Notes under the pieces: generated by a model | The model's database searches: none | What the model was told of the DNA's origin: nothing | Seen by the model: only the letters and a program-made list of their open reading frames with translations | Part shown: positions 44,448 through 57,745 of the stretch, in pieces | How positions within the stretch are numbered: position 1 is the first letter of the stretch | How the letters are laid out: each line of letters begins with the position of its first letter | Assembly (NCBI GenBank): GCA_030141605.1 | Contig: JAQGDQ010000749.1 | Location: 1-64,000 of the forward strand | From: Tubiluchus corallicola | Taxonomy: Eukaryota; Animalia; Priapulida | Reading direction: 5' to 3' | DNA: 64,000 bases | Translations under genes and position numbers: made by a program

Positions 44448-45219
44448 AATATTAAGATCAAAGTGATCTTGTCAAAGTTAGAATATAACGCATACAGGGG
44501 AAGAATATATCTATATTTATATGATGTCTGTTATGCAATGCTGAAATGTGCAAAGCGTGCATGGGTTTACTGACAAGAGTTTGCTGATTTTATCTCGACG
44601 GAATTTCACCTGTTCAGTAGCCTAACATGATAAGATAATGTTGTTCACAATGCCAGGACCTGCTACCCTGGGGGCGTGTCAAAGATTTCGCTAGAACAGT
44701 GTAATTATAAACCGAACATTGACGCTTCTATCTCAGCAGATCTGCGTACAGAAACTGCAAATTAACTAAGATGTTAAACTCGTGGGTTTTAAATTATGTA
44801 GGTGGCCTACATTGTTCATTGTAGCACATTGTTCATAATAGGATACATTGTTCACAGTGCATGGGCCTAGTTCGTAAACAATTTAACATTGTTTATTTTA
44901 TCGTGAATGTAAACAAGTGTTCCATTGAACGGAAACTGAAATCAGAGATGATTTGTTGGTGTTTCGTCACGTTCATTTGACTTTGATTTGACAGTTTTTC
45001 TTCTGGTTTACAGGCTCTGGTGTTTAAAAGTTGTTTTTCTAGTTAAACAAGTCTTCCCGGGAATGTTGGGCTATGTTTTCCCGATCCTGTCAAAATGTGA
45101 ATAACGTCTTTGTTTATTTAATACGTAATCTTCATTCAAGACAAAAATAATTCACTCGGGTTTTCTTATTATTACTTCTCTTTTACTTCGCTTTTTCTTT
45201 TTCTTTTCTTTTTCTTCTT

Positions 45220-45356
45220 ATTTCTCTTCCATTCCCCTTTCTTCTCATTTCTCTTCCATTCCCCTGTCTTCTCTTTTCTCTTCCATTCCCCTTTTTTCTC
45301 TTTTCTCTTCCATTCCCCTTTCTTCTCTTTTCTCTTCCATTCCCCTTTCTTCTCTT
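45220..45356. repeat. 27-bp polypyrimidine tandem repeat x5
   Basis: ttctcttccattcccctttcttctc.. Confidence 0.88.
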
Positions 45357-45747
45357 ATCAACTTTTTGTCCTTTGTCGTCTGCTCATTTTTTCTTATCTT
45401 TTGCATCCTGATATGACCTGTTTAATTTAATATAAGTTTTTCAACATAATTTTATTTCTTTTTCACTTCACTTTATTTTATTTTTCCTGTATTTCTCTAA
45501 ACCTTTTTCAGGGAACAAATCTGCACCTTTCCAAGTTTTCACCTGTAAAAACTAGTAACCTCTAATCCCTATCCTTGATAATGGAGGTAGAACAAGTTTT
45601 ATTATAATCATAATAGCTGTGTAATGACAACTCGCTGCCATCAATATACAAAACCAGGTTTTGATGCTACAAGATGGCGCTGTTTATCCCATAATAATTC
45701 ACTGTTTGTATAAGACATCAAGTCTACTGTATGTGTGAAACAGATTA

Positions 45748-46202
45748 CCGTATTTTCCCGTGTATAAGAGACCCTTGTGTATAAGAGACCCCTTCAATTT
45801 TTAGGCAAAAATTCTGGAAAAAAGTTTTTTCAGACGGACATTTTTAGAGGGTAAAGTACAACTTTTTTCAACTCAGTGCGGTACTGAAAACAAAATAAAA
45901 CCAGTTAATGTGTTGTAGAAAAAGAGTTCTGGTATATATTAAAGTGCGTACCTGCAAACCTGTAACAGGAAAAGAGAAAACGAGGAGATAGTGCCTGTGT
46001 CACGATGCTTGTATTGCTTACAACCGCTTCATAGTCGAACGCGACACGCAAAACAGTTGTAGAGCACTTATTTCTTTAAAATCATTAGTGTCACAATTTA
46101 TGCATCTTATTGAAAAGACTTACTCCCATGTATAAGAGACCCCCTATTTTTAAAGTGAAAATTCTGAGCAAAAAAGGGTCTCTTATACACGGGAAAATAC
46201 GG
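45748..46202. mobile_element. Tc1/pogo-type MITE
   Basis: perfect TIR ccgtattttcccgtgtataagagacc / ggtctcttatacacgggaaaatacgg; TA TSD. Confidence 0.92.
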
Positions 46203-46309
46203 TATGCTTAATTTAAGTTTAAGCGCGTCCAAATTATGTTGTCAAAACTCAATTCACTCAATTCACATTCGGGACTTTCACTTTTTCAACTATACTTACA
46301 AAGACAAGA

Positions 46310-46766
46310 AAATTATGTCCCAAAAAAATTTCCAAGCAAAATTATGTTAATTAGCATTTCGGTTAACATGGTGGAAAGACTTATGTAACTAGAAAAGAAA
46401 ATTATTAATAATTTAAAATGCTTTCACCAATTTGTAAAATGTCGCTGACTCATCCTCCAGGGTGCACCACTCACTAGCCAAAAACGTATTTTTAATCTTA
46501 TTGACAAGATACAGTAATTTAAAATTTTACTTAGTTAGCAACATGTGCGCTACGAATGCTCTGATTATTTTTTCAAACTTTACACAATGTTATCAAAACT
46601 TGTTTCACATGACTTATCGTCAAAATGGCTGCGTATAACAGTCATCGCACGGGAGTTCAAACTTACATGTTTTATACAGCGTTACTGCCGACGCAAGTCC
46701 CGTAAGCAAAAAGGCAAAATGTGTGTGGTATAAAATTTCAAGACGAATTTTTTAAGGTTTCATGTA
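46310..46766 (+). mobile_element. Unclassified interspersed repeat, copy A
   Basis: about 450 bp homologous to the reverse complement of 57298-57745. Confidence 0.85.
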
Positions 46767-46969
46767 GGGCTTTATAAAACAAACCTGCAGGCCCGTGTGG
46801 TATCTTTGATCAAGTCTAGAAAATGATTTAGGGCAATTTATGATGATAAAACAGAAGCTACATCCTATTTCATTCTTTCTGCGTTGTCAACATATACGCT
46901 ATTTTTTTGGGGGGGGCAAGAAATATCACTTGTATCGTTACCCCCCCCCCCCGTTGCTGCACCTCACAC

Positions 46970-47570
46970 ATTCCTGCCAGAAAGCGAATTCGCATCGAAG
47001 TGAACTTCAGTATTTCGAATTCGAATTGAGTTTGAAAGATTTTCGAACAAGTTTTCGAACCACCAGTAAAAATTAGTCTTACAATGATCATGCATATTGC
47101 TCGATTTTGTTCTGCAGTAAAAGACGCCGTTTAAGATGGATTGGGCATATGCTTAGACTACCTGATGACGTTCCAGTGAAGATAGCTCTTCAACAAGCCA
47201 TAGAACCAGCTAAAAAACCTGCAGGAGGACAAATGTTAACATATTTTGATTTTGCACAGAAAAATTTAAACACTTCAGCATTGATCCTTAGAAATAAATG
47301 CACTTGGAGCATTGCAGCGTGTAGGGAGTCCTGGCATGGGGAGGTGAGCAGAATCATGTCCCTGGACGAGTGATTCATTGTAGAAGAAGAAGAAGAAAAC
47401 CACTAATAATTTGTTTAAAATTTTGCACAGAAATCACAGCGAAACTACGCTAATTGCATGACGTTTAAAACGTTCTAGTGGCAAGAACGTATGTGATTGA
47501 ACTACTGAATTATTCGAATCTATAGTCTTAGGTTCGAAGTAAATCGATTCGAATCGAATTCGATCGTTCT
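46970..47570. mobile_element. Same TTCGAA-rich MITE family, copy 2, interrupted by a LINE fragment
   Basis: homology to 32270-32684 on both sides of about 47122-47397. Confidence 0.8.
47122..47397 (+). mobile_element. 5'-truncated non-LTR retrotransposon 3' end (RTE-like)
   Basis: RRRLRWIGHMLRLPDDVPVKIAL.. motif typical of LINE ORF2 C-termini; (GAA)n tail. Confidence 0.8.
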
Positions 47571-48875
47571 CTCCTACTCACAATGCGTGAATTGCAGAAC
47601 AAAAAGCACTGAACACGACGAATCAATTTTAACAAAACTCCAATTGTTAACGCTCTGATGAAACTAAGTTTTGCTACAGGAATTAAATTAACTAAACTAA
47701 GCGTCGAAATGTAAATTGATTCTTTGTTGGGCCTGGACTAGTTATCCGCGCGTTCAGATCAACTAAATGAACCCAAGCAGGTGGTCCATAGACTCTCAAC
47801 TGACCAGTGAAATTACAGAAGCGATTGTATCAATGAGTGGTGATGACCTTGACTCAAACCGCAGGACATATGCGGTGTAGGTTAAGTACGGCTACTGTTT
47901 TTATTATGTGAATGCGTGTAGGTTAAGTACGGCTACTGTTTTAAATTAATGCAGGCGTTCAGCTGCTCATAATTAAATTGAATGGCATTTTCAAGATGAA
48001 CAGAATGTGAACGAGGAATTACTATTATGAGTTGAAAACGTCACAACTAAACCTCGAGTCATTGCCAAATGGAGGAGGCATTTCAATATTGTTTAATAAA
48101 CCATCTCTAGGTCTAAATAGCGCTAAAAACTGTAGCATAGCAGATACGTAGCAGAGACAGGATGATTTTTCATGTACTACCCCATTTTCAAGTCTGATAA
48201 AAAGTGTACGCTTTGACACGATTAATACTGCAAAAGCGTTTCCGATAATAAAACAACAGATTAAAAACCTAATTAATGGGGGCAAACCCAGCTAATAACG
48301 ACATCACAAACTAACACAATTTTCAACAGCAAAAATGTTCCACGAGCGTGTTGCACGTGTTTGCGAAAGTGAAAATTGAAATACAGTGCTACTGTAAGAT
48401 ATTCAGTATGTTGTACTGAAACTAGGTAAGTTTTAAGATAAAAATTCAAGTTCCAAATTTACCGCTATGCTCAAGCATGAGCTGTTGAACGCGTGTAGTG
48501 AGTCATAAACTAACACTTCTGAACTGAGAGGTACAGCAGCTTTTTGTGCAATGCGTTTCCGAGGTGCAGGCGCTACGCCCGTCTAGCTAGCGAATTGCGA
48601 AATACTAGTAACAGTGAAAAACTAGTGACGCGAACGTGAAATTGTGTTTGTGTGCTAATAATTCTTTCACGTAAGTCATTTTTTAAAAAAAATAGTATGT
48701 TTCCTTTCAATATTTTAAAGACTAGATTGCTTTGACCTACAGTTTAAGATTGGATCCGGTTTTGCATAAAAAGGAAAATGTTAATATATTAAAAACAGCA
48801 ATCAGGCCTATCATTCTCAGAAAAACAATATGATCATTAGGTGTGGATAAGGGTGTGTTCATTGTGTTGCTTTAA

Positions 48876-49334
48876 CCCTTTCATACCCGTTGTAGCCCAT
48901 GGGATACGAGAATATTTTCTGCCCTTGAAATTAATAAAATTTTAAAACTAACAGTTATTTGATCTGTTAATAGTTATTTTGATTTAAGCCAATAACAATA
49001 GACTAAAAATGGTGATAAAATGGCAAACTAGAAAATCTACATAGCATAAAAAACTGCGCAAGGTACAGTACTTTAGAGACGACTTTGTACAGATCAGCAT
49101 AGTATGCATACTAAATGTCTTAAATACTTTAAAAAATTATCAGCAGTTGCAAAATGAAGCACATTTTATGCTTCCATTGAATGCCAATGTATCCCGTGGG
49201 ATACAGGCTATATTTAGCACGCGGGCACAGGTAGAAAAAAAATAATTATTATGTGTAAACAAGATGGACATACTGAACAAACGTACCAAGCCAAAAAAAT
49301 TTTCTTATTAAAAAATAAATTGGGACTGAAAGGG
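48876..49334. mobile_element. piggyBac-type MITE family B, copy 3 (inverted)
   Basis: TTAA on both sides; reverse complement of 17979-18437. Confidence 0.9.
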
Positions 49335-49859
49335 TTAACGTGAATAACACGTTATATATATAACATTTATACGACTCTCTCGTGTTGACTATTCTAAATA
49401 GGCTGTATAATATGAACGGAGTCTGACAGTAACAATGCCTTATTGTGACATCCTTAATGTTTGATGTTGAACAAGAGGATACACAAGGGCCTATTTGTCT
49501 GTGAGATTACGTGTGAACCATCTTGGATAATTGCCGTGTGAGCTTTAGAGCGGGAGAGGAAGGAAGTGGGGGCAGAGCTAAAGCCTTGTTCAAACCAGGG
49601 TGGTGTAAACACAAACACGGGTGCACAATAGATACACCCAGTACGAGTAGTTCGTCACAAAAACCAGTTTCTCACGTGCGGCGAGTCATCGATTTTTTAT
49701 ACACAAATAGATCATGACAGTAATTAAGTTTAATGTTTGAAGGAACATGTTCTGATTTTACTGTAACTCACTGAAATTATTGTCAGAACAACAACTTTAT
49801 TATTAAGAAAATTCGCGTTTAAAATTCTGAAAACAAAGTTCAACGCTTTCAGCTGTAAC

Positions 49860-50470
<611 letters not shown>

Positions 50471-51731
50471 GCTGTAACTAAAACTTTTGCTTCTGTATAC
50501 GGAAAATATATCTACTTTTACGCAGGTTGAATTTTGGCAGTTTTTGAGTTTTTTCGGGAACTTCAGAAGATCCACTTGGGCAAAATTATCAACCTCAAAA
50601 CGTCTTGACTGATAAGTGGTCAATTTCAATGTACGGTAAGACTTAAAGAAGACCGGGTGATTGTTTAGACTCAATCTCATTCGAATTTACTGTCCAAAAT
50701 ACACATTTTCTTGCCTATAAAAGTTAGCAATTGTTCCTTATATTTGGATAATTAGCTTAGAAAGTTAATTAACGGCAACCGAACACAGCTATTGTTTACG
50801 TCAGAAACTAACCACAGTTTGTGCAATGGCAGGCGTCTTCCCTTGCTCATCAAGCACATTTGCATAGGTGTTACAGTACTGTTTAAACGCATGATGTGAC
50901 AAAAAATGGGCTTTACATCATAAGACTTCAGAAACTAACACTGCAGTTCATCAACATGCTTATCACGGTACCGCCTTCTATTTGCCGGCCACGCGCACGT
51001 AACAAAAAGGTGCTGCTACCAATCTTAGTAGATTCACGGAGCTGCGCGTAGCTTTGAAAGTTTAACGAAATTTGAGTATCCGAGGTAATTATTATTTAAC
51101 CCAAACTTTGATTTAAAAAAAGCTGTTGTAGTTTTCAATATTTTAGAGCATTTCATATTCTGAATTAATGTTTACACAATCATCCGGTTTTCCTTTAATA
51201 CATCGAAAATCTTTCCAGTAAAAAAACGGGCGGCCTATGTAAAAAATGCATGCAATAGTTATGCAAAAAGTCACTCGTAATGCAACATCACTATTTTAAT
51301 GATAGGTTACCTTCAGTTTTCACCACCATTAAAACGATGAAACAATTTCTATATGATCAAAACTGAGTCATTCTGTTCGAGTAACTCAGCGCAGTTCCGC
51401 TGCTTAATTGCTCACAGATAAAAAAAATTTACTGAATAGAATTCAACAGCCGTGATTATTTCGCATCACGTAAGATGCATCCTAAAACGTGAATGAGTTA
51501 AACACGGTAATACTGCTGCGAGTTCTCAACTTCGGAATGAAAAATTTATCATAATTAACGATTCTAAGATAGGTCTTGTAAGTTAAAGGTCTTATAAGGT
51601 CGCAAAATGTTGTACATAATAGTATCTGCTTAGAATCAGCCTTGTTATCTAGTTTACTATAAGTATAACTATATATTTTATTTCACACATCAAAAAATGC
51701 AATATCAAACACATTAATAACTTTTAAATAA

Positions 51732-52003
51732 AATAATTTGAGTAGTGCGAGGTGAGTGTATGATACGGGCATTAACACACTCACCTTACTTAAATGCAAA
51801 AATGATTATAGTTATGCATGCTTCTGTAAATAACTTAATGTAAATAAGGATGAAGTAAATGATGTAATAATTTGAGTAGTGTGAGGTGAGTGTATAACCA
51901 TATGGTCACACACTCACCTTACTTAAATGCAAAAATGATTATAGTTATGCATACTTCTGTAGATAACTTAATGTAAATAAGGATGAAGTAAATGATGTAA
52001 TAA
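51732..52003. repeat. About 135-bp tandem duplication containing a small hairpin
   Basis: aataatttgagtagtg.gaggtgagtgt..acactcaccttacttaaatgc.. twice. Confidence 0.85.
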
Positions 52004-53068
52004 TAGCAATGGTATAAGCGCAATAAACCTGAAAGTTGAGAAAGGAAAACATAATATGTAATTACGATTTTGAGTGAGCCTTAAAGAGTGAAAAAAAATT
52101 TTAAATAGTTACGAATATGAATTATGTGATCATCTGTCAATGCACCACTTACTTGTATTACAATGCACCATCTTACTTACTTGTATATACAATGATATAC
52201 TTTACTTACCAGCATATTTGTATGGCTGATCCGTAACTATACTAAAATACCTGTAATTATAATACAGGTGTCTAACATAAGGAGACCCGTATCTGTTATC
52301 GTACCTGTGTAGCATTTATATGCACTGGCAGTCGTGTGTTAGTTGTTACCTGTTGTACTTTATTGAATTCCATTAATCATACGGAAATTAATATAATTAT
52401 CAAGGTATGCGGGTTTATTATATGCACTTCTGGTTTGCATAATCTACATGATTTCATGAACCCTGGCAGATTTCTTTATACGTTTGCAAAAGTTCATGCT
52501 GTTTCATGGAAATTGTTGTGCAACCAAGTTAAGTTATGTACTCAGTACAGTATCATATAATATATATATAATAATCTTTATTTGCCATTAAAATACGTTG
52601 ATAATCACTGATAAAAACTTTACAGAGATGATCAATCAGTGTTAGTTAATAAAAACTTACACTGCTAAAGGCAAATGCGTCAGTGCAATCTAAACTACTG
52701 TGCAGTAATGGAAAGTAACGACGAATAAAATCAAACGTATTTAGAACTATGCACAAAAAAATGAAAAAATTATGATTAATTAATATGGCCGTGGGTATAT
52801 GAATTATGAATTAGTGTGTATGTTGTCGTGCTGGTGTGAAGGTATTTCATATCTGGTTAATATTAGTGATTTTAATTTTGTTTTAAATGCTGATAGGGAC
52901 TTGATTTGTTTAACCTGTAATGGTTATATGCGATATGCTGATGTGTAAAAACACGAAATCTATACGGTTACTTGAACAGCCATGCAGACAGTCTGAAACT
53001 TTTTTATTCTTAGCTGTCATTAATAGTTCTTAAATGTATCAATAATTGCGTTTTGAGTTTTGAAATAC

Positions 53069-53380
53069 TTTGAATTTTCACAGCCAATGAGCTTTTGTTA
53101 TTGAATTTTTACAGCCAATGAGCTTTTGTTATTGAATTTTTACAGCCAATGAGCTTTTGTTATTGAATTTTTACAGCCAATGAGCTTTTGTTATTGAATT
53201 TTCGCAGCCAATGAGCTTTTGTTATTGAATTTTCACAGCCAATGAGCTTTTGTTATTGAATTTTTACAGCCAATGAGCTTTTGTTATTGAATTTTTACAG
53301 CCAATGAGCTTTTGTTATTGAATTTTTACAGCCAATGAGCTTTTGTTATTGAATTTTTACAGCCAATCAGCTTTTGTTGT
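53069..53380. repeat. 31-bp minisatellite, 10 copies, abutting the acceptor of the nested gene
   Basis: unit ttgaattttt/cacagccaatgagcttttgtta; CAGCCAAT at 53081+31n. Confidence 0.96.
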
Positions 53381-53446
53381 TTTTTTCAGGACTGTTCAGC
53401 TATGTCACTGCGACATGGGAATTGAAGCGTAATTAATTAGCAATGA

Positions 53447-55276
53447 ATGAGTAACGATGTCACCTCTAAAATGAATGCAGTGGCTGGAGAACCTCTAGTG
53501 ATGCTAATCTTGTCCACGATGCTAATTTCCCTGGGGCATCGGGCATCCACTTGTCCACTTAACTGCATGTGCATCATCAGGACCAATCAACTCGTTGTTA
53601 ATTGCACTAATGCCGGATATGTTACGATTCCGGACGACCTACCTCGTAAAACCATCATTCTGGACATGAGTGGCAATGCATTAGGATCACTGAGCGGTTC
53701 AGTGCTCATGGAAAATGTCCCAAATCTTCAAAAGCTCTATTTTAATGACTGTGATATATCCTGTATTGGACCTCACGTATTCGCCGGATTGAGAAATCTG
53801 GAGGCTTTGTATCTACGCAATAATAAACTCAGGGAGGTTCCCTCCTTGGCTCTGAGGACGCTTCCACATTTACGTATCTTGAGTTTGAAGGGCAATTATC
53901 TAACGAACATGGAAGGGTCGCCTTTCCTTCTTCAGAAAGAACTGGAAAAGTTGGATCTAAGTCATTGTCATTTAACGCACGTTGGCCGCAAAACTTTCTT
54001 AGGTTTAACAAGCGTGTCCTATTTAAACTTGGCAGAAAACAACTTTGCTACGCTGTCCTCACAAGTGTTTAGTCCCATGATCTCTCTGCTACAATTAGAT
54101 CTCCATGACAACGCTTTGCATTGTAACTGTTCTTTGTACGGAATGATTGAATTCCTGCGCAAAAGACGCATCGGATACGGCAAGGCACCACGTTGTGAGC
54201 ATCCACGATCCATGCTCGGCTTGAGCTGGGACGATATTCCGACAGAGAAATTTGCCTGTCATCCGACGGTACGAACTCGCATTCTCAGATATGATAGAAA
54301 ATTGCTGCTATTAGAATGTGAGGCAACGGCCGATCCTCCAGTTGAAATATACTGGCTACACAATGGTAAACGCGTTAATAACAGTGCTCTAAACTACTCC
54401 GTAATTACCTCAGGGTTTTTAAATCGCTATAGTGTCCTTACAATAGAAATTACTGAGGATTCTGCCATGAACATATTAGGAATGTATGTTTGTATAGCCA
54501 GAAATACTGCCGGTGCTGTGCTTAGTACTTTAACCATTAGTACGGTGCACGAGGAAGAAGAACTAGATTTCGTGTCGGTTAAGGCAGGAACTATTATCGT
54601 GATTATCATATTAAGTTGCGTTCTTATCGTGTTCCTGTGCCTAATGTTTGTCGTGTTTTGCTTAAACCAGCGCAGAAAGAGACTCGTAAGGGTTGGGAAG
54701 CGACGAATGAGAGCAAAGACACGAGTGAGAGTCGAACTCAGTGATAACCCGGTCGTGCAAACGGAGACGATCGATACAGCTGATCAGGATTCCGGTGTGG
54801 GTACCATCAACTCCGAGGAGCAAATCATTCGGGATAGAAACTCCATTCGATCAAGTTTAGACCAAAGAGGAATACCGGATGTTGTACCGTCCGTTACGCC
54901 GGTGTCCCAAAGAGACAGTGTTGGATCATACTACAAATTTGCAATTCCCTACTATGAACCAATATTTAATGCAAACACGTTTCAACATTATCCACTCAGG
55001 TTAGAGATCAGTAGTAGTGATCGAACCAGCATTGATAGTTATCGACCTCCGTCCCAGCTTTGGGGAGGCGTGCCTAGTTACCTCACTACTCCAAGGGGTG
55101 GAACTTCCCCCTGCTTGCTTTCCAAATCACCTCACCAGTCACAGACCAATCACCTGCCTTTTTCATTCTACAGGCCGGCCGAGGCGTACAATCGCTTTTT
55201 GCCAGGTATGAAGGAGACCGATTTGGACAGGACGTGGTCCCCCTCGCCTGTTCAGTGTCCAGAGACAGATCTATGA
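53447..55276 (+). CDS. Kekkon-like LRR-Ig single-pass membrane receptor, single coding exon, nested antisense in a VSP intron
   Basis: 609-aa ORF: signal peptide, LRRNT (CPLNCMC..C), about 6-7 LRRs, LRRCT (NALHCNC..PRCEHP..WDDIPTEKFACHP), Ig domain (LLECEATADPPVEIYW..YVCIARNTAG), TM (IIVIIILSCVLIVFLCLMFVVFCL) followed by basic stop-transfer, C-terminal ETDL; acceptor ttttttcag at 53389; true start could be M9 or M19. Confidence 0.93.
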   Translation: MSNDVTSKMNAVAGEPLVMLILSTMLISLGHRASTCPLNCMCIIRTNQLVVNCTNAGYVTIPDDLPRKTIILDMSGNALGSLSGSVLMENVPNLQKLYFNDCDISCIGPHVFAGLRNLEALYLRNNKLREVPSLALRTLPHLRILSLKGNYLTNMEGSPFLLQKELEKLDLSHCHLTHVGRKTFLGLTSVSYLNLAENNFATLSSQVFSPMISLLQLDLHDNALHCNCSLYGMIEFLRKRRIGYGKAPRCEHPRSMLGLSWDDIPTEKFACHPTVRTRILRYDRKLLLLECEATADPPVEIYWLHNGKRVNNSALNYSVITSGFLNRYSVLTIEITEDSAMNILGMYVCIARNTAGAVLSTLTISTVHEEEELDFVSVKAGTIIVIIILSCVLIVFLCLMFVVFCLNQRRKRLVRVGKRRMRAKTRVRVELSDNPVVQTETIDTADQDSGVGTINSEEQIIRDRNSIRSSLDQRGIPDVVPSVTPVSQRDSVGSYYKFAIPYYEPIFNANTFQHYPLRLEISSSDRTSIDSYRPPSQLWGGVPSYLTTPRGGTSPCLLSKSPHQSQTNHLPFSFYRPAEAYNRFLPGMKETDLDRTWSPSPVQCPETDL

Positions 55277-55761
55277 CTTTGTGTAGCAAGTCACAGACCA
55301 ATCACCTGTCTTTTCCATTCTACAGGCCGGTGGAGGCATACAACCGCTTTCTGCCGGGTATGAAGGAGACCGGTTTGGACAGGACGTGGTCCCCATCGCC
55401 TGTTCAGTGTCCAGAGACAGATCTATGACTTTGTGTAGCAAGTCACAGACCAATCACCTGTCTTTTCCATTCTACAGGCCGGTGGAGGCATACAACCGCT
55501 TTCTGCCGGGTATGAAGGAGACCGGTTTGGACAGGACGTGGTCCCCATCGCCTGTTCAGTGTCCAGAGACAGATCTATGACTTTGTGTAGCAAGTCATAG
55601 TTAAGCTCAGTCAGCTAGGCAAAAAGTATTAATACGTGCTGCCATTACATGTGGTCCCCTCGCCTGTTCAGTGTCCAGAGACAGATCTATGACTTTGTGT
55701 AGCAAGTCATAGTTAACTCAGTCAGCTAGGCAAAAAGTATTAATACGTGCTGCCATTACAT
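55137..55761 (+). repeat. Tandem duplication of the receptor C-terminus and stop (152 bp x3 plus about 112-bp partial copy)
   Basis: units start 55137, 55289, 55441; stops at 55274, 55426, 55578, 55690. Confidence 0.95.
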
Positions 55762-55849
55762 GAGGATGTGACTTTCAGATGTACATGTATGGAGAAAACT
55801 GTATATTAAAATAACATTGTTTTTTAACATTGTTTTTTAACATTGTCTT

Positions 55850-56432
55850 AAGCAATTGTTCTCCTCTGACTTCTAAATAAAAATCTACAGTGAAAGAAAT
55901 ATATGACATGTATTGTCTTCATTTCATGTATCAGTATCATAATTCACTACTTCCACCAGCTTTTCAGTCATACTTTAGTCCAGTTTCAAATCAACATGAT
56001 CATTACACAAGATATTCAGTCGGAAACTATGTACTCCCTCTTCCAAAAACAAATATAATGAAACAGTCAACAAAATATAATGCTATTAAAATATGGTCAT
56101 CAATTCCACGTGAAATGAAAACTCTTAATCTTTATCAATTTAAGAAAGCATCAAAGAATTACCTACTACAACGGTATAATTAACTCACAATTTTACTCAT
56201 CCTGATCTTAAGTTACTAACAAAACTTATTTTGTTCTAATGTACGTCATAACTGATGAAAATGTAATGTTAATTGTCAATTGTTTCACTTATCTGGAGGA
56301 GGACTCGAAAGCTCAATGCTCCTTCCCCCTCCTCACAGTAACTCTCAGTTTATTTTTTTCAATGTAATATCAATTTGTATGTATGTTTGAGTTGCTGTGG
56401 AATAAATTCATAATTCATTAATAATAATTCAT
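55850..56432 (+). mobile_element. CR1/L2-group LINE 3' fragment
   Basis: FMYQYHNSLLPPAFQSYF..HDHYTR..YNAIKIWSSIP..FKK motif of ORF2 C-terminus, then 3' UTR, AATAAA and attc-type tail. Confidence 0.8.
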
Positions 56433-56509
56433 TCTACATTGATGCCTGGAAGCGAACAACTAGGATTTATCAGTTATTTCAAACTAAGCTGTAATAATAT
56501 GATGGAATT

Positions 56510-56857
56510 AAATTCTTTATTACAATCTCTAGTTTCCTGCTATGATATCTGCTGTACATTATATGTAAACTATATTTACATATGTACATACTTTACTTAT
56601 TTACACATGTAAATTATATTTCTGATCTAGTAACAGCAAGTTTTAATGATCCTTTGTTTATTTATTTTTAGATAATTGAGTAAAAGCAAGTCTTTATTAC
56701 AATTTCCAGTTTCCTGCTATGATATCTGCTGTACATTATTTGTAAAGTATATTTACATATGTACATACTTTACTTATTTACACATGTAAATTATATTTCT
56801 GATCTAGTAACAGCAAATTTTAATGATCCGTTTGTTTATTTATTTTTAGATAATTGG
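56510..56857. repeat. About 177-bp tandem duplication
   Basis: tctttattacaat..agtttcctgctatgatatctgctg..tttttagataattg twice. Confidence 0.85.
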
Positions 56858-57297
56858 TATAACCCTGCCTAGTACTGTAAATACACGGTTTTTATTGTAT
56901 GTAAAAAAGTTAGCCTCATTTTTTAGTAATATAGCAAAATATAGATTAATACTGAATACCAACAGAAATTCAAAGCTCACATGACAGAGAGGAGAAGAGA
57001 GATTTGGAAAGACATTAACTTCCATAATGAGTCACTAAATTGCATTTAGCCTTAATTGTCTGTCTGACTGTCTATTATGTCTGTACATAAAAGATACATG
57101 ATTTATGTCTAGCCTAGTTAACAATTGCCTATCTGTAGTTTCAAGACTGTGGTGACAGTACTTAAGTTGAATCTTTGAGTTATTAGTTGTTAGAACTTCT
57201 TCCTGGCTGTTAAATTTAGTAAAATTCTGACCTACAACAATTAGTCACGTTTTTAACAAGATTACGCTAAAATACCTAAAGCACAAGAAAACCTTCC

Positions 57298-57745
57298 ACT
57301 TACATAAAGCTTGAAGAATTCGTCTTGAAATTTTATACCACTTACATACTGCCTTTTTGCATGGTAGACTTGCGTTGGCAGTAACGCTGTGTAAAACGTG
57401 TAAATTTAAACTCCCGCGATGACCGTTAGATGCAGCCATTTTGACGATAAGTCATTTGAAACAAGTTTAGATAACATTCTGTAAAGTTTGAAAACATAAT
57501 CAGTGCATTCGTAGCGCACATGTTACCAACTAAATAAAATTTAAAATTACTGTATCTTGTCAATAAGATTAAAAATACGTTTTTTGGTTAATGTGTGGTG
57601 CACCCTGGAGGGTGAGTCAGCGACATTTTATCAATTGGCACAAACATTTTAAATAATTAATAATTTTCTTTTCTAGTTACATAAGTCTTTCAAGCAGGTA
57701 AGCGAAATGCTAGCAAACTTGGAAAGTTTTTTGAGACATAATTTA
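57298..57745 (-). mobile_element. Unclassified interspersed repeat, copy B (inverted)
   Basis: reverse complement aligns by eye with 46310-46766. Confidence 0.85.

Noticed and set aside
55234-55580. Two 64-aa ORFs ending CPETDL as paralogous genes
   Set aside because: They are duplicated tail units in the 3' UTR with non-ATG starts
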